The notes: generated by a model not told the origin, from the letters alone. Positions 30,716-38,682 are shown, counted from the first letter of the stretch. The stretch: 64,000 nt of DNA from a bacterium (GCA_965233585.1 CBDDTI010000747.1:960001-1024000), one strand, 5' to 3'. Numbers and translations are program-made.

Positions 30716-30831
30716 CTTGAAATTATAATTTTTGGTTTGTGAGAGATTTAAGAGTGGCTTGTATGGCATTGGGTTTAAGAGTCATGTTATTCTTTTAATC
30801 GTCATTTTAAAATTTATTTAAGGAGTCTGTG

Positions 30832-31374
30832 ATGTTAAGTTCCATAGAGATTGCCAAAGAAATCATAGCAAGGAGTCAACCTGATTTGGGTCAGGTCATC
30901 TCCAATTTGAAGTTACAAAAGTTGCTTTATTATGCTCAAGGATTTTCATTGGCGATAGAGAAAAAGCCGCTCTTTTTAGAGGGTTTAGAAGCGTGGGAAT
31001 TGGGACCTGTCGTGCCAGATGTCTATCATCATTTTAAGAAATATGGACAATCTGCCATCTTGATTGATTATAAACCACAAAAGGTTGACCCGATTCTTGA
31101 TGCCATCAAAGAGACTTACATGCAGATTGACGCAATCAAGTTATTTCAAATGACTCACGAAGAATCACCTTGGCTGGACTCTTACCAAGAGGGTCAAAAT
31201 ACTCCCATCACCCATGAGTCTTTGCTAAATTTTTTTCAAAGTGAGTTTGCAATGAAAGATAAGTTTGTTGAGGTTTATATTGAACTCAAAGAAAAGCCTG
31301 TGTCTGTTGTTTTGCCAAACTATAAACCCGACTCTGAACGTATGAAAAAGATAGAATCTTATTTTGGAATATAA
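30832..31374 (+). CDS. Panacea-domain (DUF4065/SocA/GepA-like) antitoxin
   Basis: ISNLKLQKLLYYAQG, EAWELGPVVPDVY, THEESPW; AAGGAG RBS before ATG 30832. Confidence 0.9.
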   Translation: MLSSIEIAKEIIARSQPDLGQVISNLKLQKLLYYAQGFSLAIEKKPLFLEGLEAWELGPVVPDVYHHFKKYGQSAILIDYKPQKVDPILDAIKETYMQIDAIKLFQMTHEESPWLDSYQEGQNTPITHESLLNFFQSEFAMKDKFVEVYIELKEKPVSVVLPNYKPDSERMKKIESYFGI

Positions 31375-31663
31375 GACATCGCAAGACCATTATCTTTGTA
31401 AAAATGAGGCAAAAGTTTGTAAATTTTACCCACACACAGGAGCATTAGATTTTTTTAATTCTTTACCTGATGAAGAAAAGGATTTGTTATGTGATGTTTT
31501 TTGTTATTTACATCTTAAGTTTCAGTCCTTAAAACAAAGCAAACATTTACAAGCATTAGATACAGACTTGCAAATTTACCAGACAACCTATCAAAAATAT
31601 TGGATTAAGTTCAAGAAAAACCAATCCCTCCCTCTGACAGTCATTGAACTCAAGGCAATTTGA
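31364..31663 (+). CDS. Hypothetical protein, putative toxin partner of the Panacea antitoxin
   Basis: Reads TTG GAA TAT AAG ... TGA on the PLUS strand (track label is wrong); overlaps the antitoxin 3' end by 11 nt. Confidence 0.6.
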   Translation: MEYKTSQDHYLCKNEAKVCKFYPHTGALDFFNSLPDEEKDLLCDVFCYLHLKFQSLKQSKHLQALDTDLQIYQTTYQKYWIKFKKNQSLPLTVIELKAI

Positions 31664-31760
31664 GAGACAATGACAGACAGTTCACAGGTGTTGACGCCTA
31701 ACTCAAGAATAAGAACTCCGCCAACATACTAGCCCAAAAAAGAAAAATGAAAAGAAGAGA

Positions 31761-32388
31761 GATTACGGGTCAAGCCTGCAATGACGGAAGAACAAGGTGA
31801 GCAAAGTCCTGCCGTCATTCCGTGCCTGAAACGGAATCTATCTTAAACCAAGCATGGATTCCTACATGACAGGATTCCTGCTTTCGCTCCGAATGACAAT
31901 AGTTGTCACTTGAGTGCTTGAGGCGGAATCCATCGTCAACATAGCATGGATTCGGAGCTTTTGCAGGAATGACAATAGTTGTCACTTGGGTGCTTGACAC
32001 GGAGTCTCAAAACAAAAGAGAGATTGCGGATCAAGTCCGCAATGACATTTTTCAAGATGAGCAAAATCCTGCCGTCATTCCGTGCCTGACACGGAATCTA
32101 TCGTCAATCAGGGCATAGATTCCTGCTTTCGCAGGAATGACAATAGTTGTCACTTGGGTGCTTGACACGGAGTCTCAAAACAAAAGAGAGATTGCGGATC
32201 AAGTCCGCAATGACATTTTTCAAGATGAGCAAAATCCTGCCGTCATTCCGTGCCTGACACGGAATCTATCACCAAACTAAGCATGGATTCCTAACATGGC
32301 TGGATTCCTGCCCCTGTTTTCACAGGGGTGACGTTCTTTCGCAGGAATGACGGTTGTAGAGAGATTGCGGGTCAAGGTGAGCAACGAC
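31761..32388. repeat. REP/dRS3-like hairpin cluster 7 (largest; includes a perfect 140-bp duplication)
   Basis: More than ten hairpins; 31963-32102 equals 32131-32270. Confidence 0.92.
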
Positions 32389-32460
32389 GATTTTCAAGAT
32401 ATGCTATGACTAAAAGGCAAGCAATCATGTGAAAAAAAGGAAGGTTTGGTTTTGCGTAAG

Positions 32461-32499
32461 AAGAAGCCACCCCGCTTGATCATTCAAGCGAGGTGGTTT
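32461..32499 (-). terminator. Intrinsic terminator of Kelch copy 4
   Basis: CCACCTCGCTTG..CAAGCGGGGTGG then CTTCTT on minus. Confidence 0.6.
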
Positions 32500-32530
32500 G
32501 AAGAGAAGATGAGTTTATGGGTGGCTGAAT

Positions 32531-33898
32531 TTAGGGAGCAACTTCCCAAACATCGTTTTTCCTGCCACCACCAAGACCTCCCATGACCCAGATTTTGTTG
32601 TTGAACGCAACGCTTGTGTGATCACCACGGGCAGACCAACCTGCTGAAGAGGTTTCTTTTGTCCAAGTCTTACCATCAGAAGAACTCCAGACATCGTTTT
32701 TGTCGTCATCATCAACTCCTCCCATGACCCAGATTTTGTTGTTGAACGCAACGCTTGTGTGAGCAGTACGAGCAGACCAACCTGCTGAAGAGGTTTCTTT
32801 TGTCCAAGCCTTACCATCAGAAGAACTCCAGACATCGTTTTTCCTACCACCATCAAATCCTCCTATGACCCAGATTTTGTTACTGAACACGACGCTTGCG
32901 TGTCCATTACGAGCAGACCAACCTGCTGAAGAGGTTTCTTTTGTCCAAGTCTTGCCATCAGAAGAACTCCAGACGTCGTTTTTCCTGCTAGGATCATATC
33001 CTCCTATGACCCAGATTTTGTTATTGAACACGACGCTTGTGTGATACTCACGAGTAGACCAACCTGCTGAGGCAGTTTCTTTTGTCCAAGTCTTACCATC
33101 AGAAGAACTCCAGACATCATTTTTCCTGTTCGATAACAAATCACCATCATATCCTCCTATGACCCAGATTTTGTTATTGAACACGACGCTTGCGTGTCCA
33201 TTACGAGCAGACCAACCTGCTGAGGCAGTTTCTTTTGTCCAAGTCTTGCCATCAGAAGAACTCCAGACGTCGTTTCTCCTGCGACCATCATATCCTCCTA
33301 TGACCCAGATTTTGTTATTGAACACGACGCTTGTGTGATCACCACGGGCAGACCAACCTGCTGAAGAGGCAACCCGTTTCCAAGTTTGTTTGGGAATGTC
33401 AGGTCCGTTGCCACCTGCAGGTGAGTTCTGGTTTCCATTGACCACTGCAAAAGCCCAGTTTGATTTTTTACTCAAGATTTTGAACTTGAGTTGCCCCTTG
33501 CCTGCTTTGACCCCTGTGAGCTTTAGCTTGGCTTGAAATCGTTCTTGTTTGGGCAAGGTGTAGGTCAGTTTTCCGCTTTGCCCAGCTGTTTCTCTGCCCG
33601 ACACGACCAGCTTCAAAGACGTCAAACTTGCATCGTAAGTGATGTTGAGACGTTTACCTTGATAAACAGATGTAGCAGTGCAAGTGAGGTTAGCAACCAA
33701 TTCTTGACCTGTTGTCAAAGAACTGCCAGAGGAGACCTCGCACGTGGCGTTACCCTTCTTCGTCCCTCCCTCCTTATTTTCTTCAGCAGGAGGTGTGCAA
33801 CCTGCTAAGACCAGAAGTGTCAAGAAAACGATTATTTTGTCATAAAAAGCACCACGCCCGACAGCAGGGTTTTGAATGGATTTGATTTGTTCCAACAT
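32531..33898 (-). CDS. Kelch-repeat lipoprotein, copy 4
   Basis: LAGC lipobox; six blades. Confidence 0.9.
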   Translation of the reverse strand: MLEQIKSIQNPAVGRGAFYDKIIVFLTLLVLAGCTPPAEENKEGGTKKGNATCEVSSGSSLTTGQELVANLTCTATSVYQGKRLNITYDASLTSLKLVVSGRETAGQSGKLTYTLPKQERFQAKLKLTGVKAGKGQLKFKILSKKSNWAFAVVNGNQNSPAGGNGPDIPKQTWKRVASSAGWSARGDHTSVVFNNKIWVIGGYDGRRRNDVWSSSDGKTWTKETASAGWSARNGHASVVFNNKIWVIGGYDGDLLSNRKNDVWSSSDGKTWTKETASAGWSTREYHTSVVFNNKIWVIGGYDPSRKNDVWSSSDGKTWTKETSSAGWSARNGHASVVFSNKIWVIGGFDGGRKNDVWSSSDGKAWTKETSSAGWSARTAHTSVAFNNKIWVMGGVDDDDKNDVWSSSDGKTWTKETSSAGWSARGDHTSVAFNNKIWVMGGLGGGRKNDVWEVAP

Positions 33899-33959
33899 AA
33901 AAAACTCCTAAATCATGGTTCAATCAGAATGAAAAAAAAGAAATAGACAAGAGTCTTGG

Positions 33960-33989
33960 ATTGTAGCAGACCTTTCAAAATAGATGCAA
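33960..33989 (-). promoter_or_regulatory. Sigma70-like promoter of Kelch copy 4
   Basis: TTGCAT-18 nt-TACAAT, extended -10. Confidence 0.6.
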
Positions 33990-34001
33990 CTCTTAAAACG
34001 T

Positions 34002-37000
34002 TCAAGTTTGGTTTTTGAGAGATTTGAGAGTGGTTTGTATGGCGTATTGGAGTTGTGCGTCTGTGGTGTCTTCAGGGTGTAGGTCAACAATCGTGTCTGG
34101 AACAACGCCTTTATTTTCTAGGCTCCAAGCACCTTGATAAAACCATGCGGCATATTGAGGTTGCGTGACAGTCGTCCCATCAGCCAATCGGTAACGGCTA
34201 TCTATCCCAATGACCCCGCCCCACGTCTGCTTGCCAATCACCTCACCCAGCTCAAGTTCCCTAAAACTATGGGCGAACATGTCCCCGTCAGACCCTGTAA
34301 ATTCATTGACCAGCAAGGTCAAGCAACCTTTGTGCGTGTGTGCAGGATAGACCTCAGCCCCTCCCCAACGGGGGAAATCATAACCCAGCCTACGATTTGA
34401 CAACTTTTCTAAAATGATGGGAGACGTCATGCCCCCTTCGTTATAACGAGCATCAATGATGAGAGCTTCTTTTTCTACTTGAACTAAATAAGCACGGAAA
34501 AACTCGGCAATCCCCCTTCTTTGCATGTCTGGAATATGAAGGTATCCGATTTTGCCTTCTGATAACTTATCAACAAGGGTTTGATTGTGATGCACCCAAT
34601 GGCGATAACGCACTTGTCTGTCAGAATGAAGGGGGATTACTGCAAACTTGAGAACTTCCCCTTGCCTGTCAATTTGTAAATCCACAGGTTGTCCCGCCTG
34701 TTGCAACAACAGCTTTTCTGGGGGTGTCTTGGGCTTCACAGGTTGCCCATTGATGCTTAAAATGGCATCGCCTTCTTGCAAATTGACCCCAAACTCTGCC
34801 AGTGGTGAATGTTCGTTGGGATTCCAGACATCGCCACGATAAATTTGATGCAAAAGATACTTCTGACTAGCTTGGTCATAGTGCCAATCTGCACCCAGTT
34901 TGCCAACTGACACATCAGGCACTGCCTCGTAATCGCCCCCGTATTCGTAAGCATGAGAAGTGCCAAGCTCTCCTTGCATCTCCCAGATTAAATCTGACAA
35001 CTCTGCACGAGTACTGACACGTGGCAATAGGTCTGCGTAAAGCTGATGAATGGAATCCCAATCCAAATGAGGTGCGTCTTTTTTCCAGAAAAACTCTTTT
35101 TGCAACTGCCATGTTTCTTGGAACATCTGATTCCATTCTTTTTGGAAGTCAATGCAGACTTTGAATCGGTCAAGGTGAATCCAACCGTGTTCATGTCCAT
35201 AATCTTTTGCAGATGCAGGCAGCGGAGGTGCGTCATTTTCAATGACTCCTGCTTCTGCCAACCTGACGTCTTTGTCATAAAAATAAAGAGCTGTCTGCCC
35301 AGATGGTGTGACTTGTACAAAGTTGACATCTTCAGCCGCCACTTCATAATCGTTTTTTTGCAGGTCATAGACCCAAAGTGTGCCTTGAGGTGCAGATTGA
35401 CTTTGAAAGGTTTCATGGTCTTGGGGGTATTCTACAAGTAACACTTTGTTAGTCAGAGCCACCATCTGCTCAAAACGTCCTGCATGGATGGGGAACTCTG
35501 CAATCCGATGTTCCAGTCCTTCAAGGTCAATGCTCATTTTTTTGCTAGCCGTTTCTTCTTCAGATTCTTTGACGCCTGGAATAGGGGCAGGCTTCTTGAA
35601 AGGATTGGGAGACTCTGCTTGAAGTGAGAGCAGATAAGGTTTGATGGCATAAGGAAACGAGGCGTTGAAGTGTGTTTGCTCAATGATGGGGTAGTATTCA
35701 CGTTGAGACAAGAAATAAAGATACCTGCCTTTGAGGTCAAAGGTTGGGGAAAAGTCTTGCCTGATGGGATTGGTCACTTGAATGGGTGTGGCATGAGCGT
35801 CTTCAAGATGAAGTAAAAAAATAGCACGTCGTTCCAAAGTGATTGATTTGCTGTAAGCAATCCATCTGCCATCAGGCGAAAACGTCATGTCTTGAATTTC
35901 TTTCAATTCAGAAGAATCCAGCAAGCGGTAACTTTTTTTAGAGATTTCAATCAGGTATAACTCCAGACGATTGGTTGCGGCAACCAATGCCAGTTTAGCA
36001 GGAGAAGCAACCAACTCTTGCACTCTACCTTGAGGCAAAGAGATTCGTTTGTGGGCTGAACGTTGTTGGCTTTTGAAGACAAGAAGCTGGTCTTGTTTGA
36101 GGACAGCTAGGCTTTGATTGCAAAGCCATGTAGGCAGACGGTAACGTTCTTCATCAAGTCCATATTGGGGCATAGGTCCTTGCCAGACATGACCCATAAA
36201 CAACTTGCCCCGACAAGTTCCTGCAATAGACTGCCCCGACTGACTCAGTGCTAAATGTTCCACATAGCGACTTCCATCAAAAAAAGAATGGTGAGGATAG
36301 GTTTTTTCATGCCATTCAATTTCAATCAAATGCTGCTTGCCTGATTGAAGATTGAGAGCAAACAAATCACAACCTGCTTGATACACCAGAGTTTTGCCAT
36401 CGGTTTGCAATGCCCTTGCATAATACTTGGGCTGTGAGGTTTCTGCCCTTAAATCTGAACCATCTACTGCACAAGAATAAATTTGCCCGATGCCTTCTGC
36501 ATCATAGAGAAAGTAAATTCTTTCATTAGCATAAAGGGGAGAAACGGCATTGCCTTCATGTGTTGATTCAATTTTAAAAAAAGGCTGGTCATCTAACGAC
36601 ACCCAGATTTCTCCACGCATTCCCCCCTTGTAATGCTTCCAAGATGAATTAGAAAGAGCATGGCGACCAATGAGTCTGCCACGTGTCCCTTGATGCTCAA
36701 ATTCATCAAAAAAATAGGCTTTGCCAAAGGGTAGCTTGTTCACTGCACCACCTTGAACAGACACACAATAAAGCTCTGACCCCACCGTGCCATGAGCCGA
36801 TTGATGTGAGCTTGAAAACAGAATGTCTTTGGAAGATGGCGACCACGAAGCAATCCGAACGACTGAATCAAGGTAAGTGAGCCTTTGTAACTTGCCACCT
36901 TGTGATGAAAGCAGATAGACATCTTTAGCACCTTCTTCTGTGGACAGGCATGCAATCCATTTTCCATTAGGTGAAAGTAAAGGTGATTTGACCAGACCCT

Positions 37001-37136
37001 TTGTGCTGCTGAGGCGTCTGGCAACACCCCCCGAAAGTGGCACGTTCCAAAGGTCATCTTCACAAATAAAAACAACTTGATTGCCACACACTGTGGGCGA
37101 GCGGTAATATCCTTTTTTTTGAGTGTCAGAGGTCAT
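34002..37136 (-). CDS. Tricorn protease homolog (peptidase S41)
   Basis: EDDLW/PD40-like propeller, GELGTSHAY, PDZ, GYLHIPDM, GSDGD, TWGGVIGI. Confidence 0.93.
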   Translation of the reverse strand: MTSDTQKKGYYRSPTVCGNQVVFICEDDLWNVPLSGGVARRLSSTKGLVKSPLLSPNGKWIACLSTEEGAKDVYLLSSQGGKLQRLTYLDSVVRIASWSPSSKDILFSSSHQSAHGTVGSELYCVSVQGGAVNKLPFGKAYFFDEFEHQGTRGRLIGRHALSNSSWKHYKGGMRGEIWVSLDDQPFFKIESTHEGNAVSPLYANERIYFLYDAEGIGQIYSCAVDGSDLRAETSQPKYYARALQTDGKTLVYQAGCDLFALNLQSGKQHLIEIEWHEKTYPHHSFFDGSRYVEHLALSQSGQSIAGTCRGKLFMGHVWQGPMPQYGLDEERYRLPTWLCNQSLAVLKQDQLLVFKSQQRSAHKRISLPQGRVQELVASPAKLALVAATNRLELYLIEISKKSYRLLDSSELKEIQDMTFSPDGRWIAYSKSITLERRAIFLLHLEDAHATPIQVTNPIRQDFSPTFDLKGRYLYFLSQREYYPIIEQTHFNASFPYAIKPYLLSLQAESPNPFKKPAPIPGVKESEEETASKKMSIDLEGLEHRIAEFPIHAGRFEQMVALTNKVLLVEYPQDHETFQSQSAPQGTLWVYDLQKNDYEVAAEDVNFVQVTPSGQTALYFYDKDVRLAEAGVIENDAPPLPASAKDYGHEHGWIHLDRFKVCIDFQKEWNQMFQETWQLQKEFFWKKDAPHLDWDSIHQLYADLLPRVSTRAELSDLIWEMQGELGTSHAYEYGGDYEAVPDVSVGKLGADWHYDQASQKYLLHQIYRGDVWNPNEHSPLAEFGVNLQEGDAILSINGQPVKPKTPPEKLLLQQAGQPVDLQIDRQGEVLKFAVIPLHSDRQVRYRHWVHHNQTLVDKLSEGKIGYLHIPDMQRRGIAEFFRAYLVQVEKEALIIDARYNEGGMTSPIILEKLSNRRLGYDFPRWGGAEVYPAHTHKGCLTLLVNEFTGSDGDMFAHSFRELELGEVIGKQTWGGVIGIDSRYRLADGTTVTQPQYAAWFYQGAWSLENKGVVPDTIVDLHPEDTTDAQLQYAIQTTLKSLKNQT

Positions 37137-37228
37137 GTTTTGAAATTTTTTGAATATCTTTGCCTTGAAATATCTTTGCCTTGAATATCTGTTGTTTGTT
37201 GAATGACTGTTTCTGAGTTTTGAGAAAA

Positions 37229-37423
37229 TTATTTGAGAAATTGGGGAAGCACCACAGCTTGGGCACAGAACATCATTTGTTCTTTGTCATTGTAGGTATG
37301 GCAAGGATTTCCGTAAAGCTGGTAGCCGTCTTCTAATGCTTGGGCAACTCGTTTGCAAAATTCTGCGTCGTCTTTGCCTGTGATGAAACGATAGGCTTGT
37401 TTTGATGATGGGTTGTGTTCCAT
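37229..37423 (-). CDS. DUF1737 family small protein
   Basis: YRFITGKDDAEFCKRV..AL.DGYQLYGNP. Confidence 0.85.
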   Translation of the reverse strand: MEHNPSSKQAYRFITGKDDAEFCKRVAQALEDGYQLYGNPCHTYNDKEQMMFCAQAVVLPQFLK

Positions 37424-37516
37424 AAATGCTCCTTTGAAGTGAGGTTGTTTTTAAAATTAAGTTGATTGCAGTTGATTCAAAATGATTGAGAAATAAGCGG
37501 GTTCTTTGATTTTTTG

Positions 37517-38620
37517 CTAACAAAGTCTGTGGTAAAGGCTTTTGAGTAAGAGAGTGTTGTCTAATTGCAAATATTTAAACTCTCCCCCCATGCGTGAGAA
37601 GGATTTGCAAAAACGCAAATAATAGGCAGGGTGATTTTTGGGAGGTTCTCCTTGACTCCAGTCCCATTGACCCTCTTGAATGTCATTCACAATTAAAAGA
37701 TAATTTTTTAAGGGGCGACCTTCTTGCAAAGCGATGTTTCTTGCCATAGAAACGGACTTCTCAAATGTCATGGGTGCCATAATTGCAGAACCGACTGAAA
37801 GAAAAACCCCACCTTCTAAATGAGAGACACTGTTAGCAAATGCCAGAAAATCGGCAAGAGTGCTGCGACCAATGGCAGAGCCATTGTTTAATGGGTGTCC
37901 GTAAATGATGTCATACCCAATGCCTGGGCAGACACTGAATGGGATTTGTAAGCAATACGCATGATGCTGGATACTCACTTTTTTATGAGGATGCAGGATT
38001 TCCATTTCTCCAGCAGGGATTTTGAAATTTTGGATAGATGCCAGTAAATTGGCAACGTCTGCGACCCTTTCAGACATGGGTTGTTGTTGCATCAAAAAAT
38101 CCATCTGATAGTGAAGCACTTCAGTTGCTGGAATAGACAAGCCGTCGTCATAAATCATCTTGCCAACTGATTCACCATATCCCAAACCGTATGCTGCACC
38201 CACTAACACTGCAAGATTGAGAAAAAAACCTGTCTCTTGCCATAAACCAAATTGTCCTTCTTGAATGTAACGTTTGACGTCTTCTTCAGTTTCTCCATGG
38301 AAGGCTAACTCCCAATCATGGATACTGCCTGCCCCATTGGTCAAGAGGTGTTGAATCCAACCTTTTTTCATCAGTTCAATCAGCAAGGGGGCAAGTCCAT
38401 TTTTGAACAGATGCGCCCCATAAGCAAATAGGATTGGCGCACTCTTAGACTTGGCTTGCTTCATTCGCTCTACAATCGTTTCTACAATGGCTTCTGATTC
38501 TTCTGACAATTCAGGGGGAGGCTCATCAAGAGAGGCTAAGATGTTGAGGTCGCTTTTAGATTGTCGCTGGGACAATGGCTTAAAAATGATTTTTCTACGG
38601 TCAAAAAGAGGATACGGCAT
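37517..38620 (-). CDS. Deoxyhypusine-synthase-like fold protein of unknown function
   Basis: YGAHLFKNGL, TNGAGSIHDWELA, GSAIMAPMTFEK; start MPYPLF. Confidence 0.55.
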   Translation of the reverse strand: MPYPLFDRRKIIFKPLSQRQSKSDLNILASLDEPPPELSEESEAIVETIVERMKQAKSKSAPILFAYGAHLFKNGLAPLLIELMKKGWIQHLLTNGAGSIHDWELAFHGETEEDVKRYIQEGQFGLWQETGFFLNLAVLVGAAYGLGYGESVGKMIYDDGLSIPATEVLHYQMDFLMQQQPMSERVADVANLLASIQNFKIPAGEMEILHPHKKVSIQHHAYCLQIPFSVCPGIGYDIIYGHPLNNGSAIGRSTLADFLAFANSVSHLEGGVFLSVGSAIMAPMTFEKSVSMARNIALQEGRPLKNYLLIVNDIQEGQWDWSQGEPPKNHPAYYLRFCKSFSRMGGEFKYLQLDNTLLLKSLYHRLC

Positions 38621-38682
38621 AGTTTTTGTTAAATTTGAAAAGACCATTTAGGATTACACAATCGTCAAAAGATTTCAAAGAC

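Noticed and set aside
31364..31663. Minus-strand assignment in the ORF track
   Set aside because: The listed peptide is encoded on the plus strand (TTG at 31364, TGA at 31661-31663).
25603..32000. Small ORFs over hairpin clusters (25603-25836, 28176-28385, 28817-29017, 28896-29111, 29003-29314, 31815-32000)
   Set aside because: Translations of palindromic repeats (VIPAKAGI, DSVSSTE); no independent coding evidence.
28014..32388. CRISPR array
   Set aside because: Repeats alternate in orientation and type, spacers are short and reused, there is no constant period and no cas genes.
23831..33808. Alternative-frame and antisense ORFs within Kelch and CCDC90-like genes
   Set aside because: Shadows of repetitive coding sequence.
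23640..33898. Diversity-generating retroelement acting on Kelch blades
   Set aside because: No reverse transcriptase or non-coding template repeat in the window. Variation involves all four bases and indels rather than adenine-specific substitution. A remote DGR cannot be excluded from this window alone.
27216..33939. Phase-variable poly-A/T tract in Kelch leaders
   Set aside because: A8 in copies 2-4 with no length difference, and such runs are common in this AT-rich DNA.
22982..33989. Integron cassette array (attC)
   Set aside because: No RYYYAAC..GTTRRRY-bounded sites recognised, no intI, and the Kelch genes carry their own promoters.
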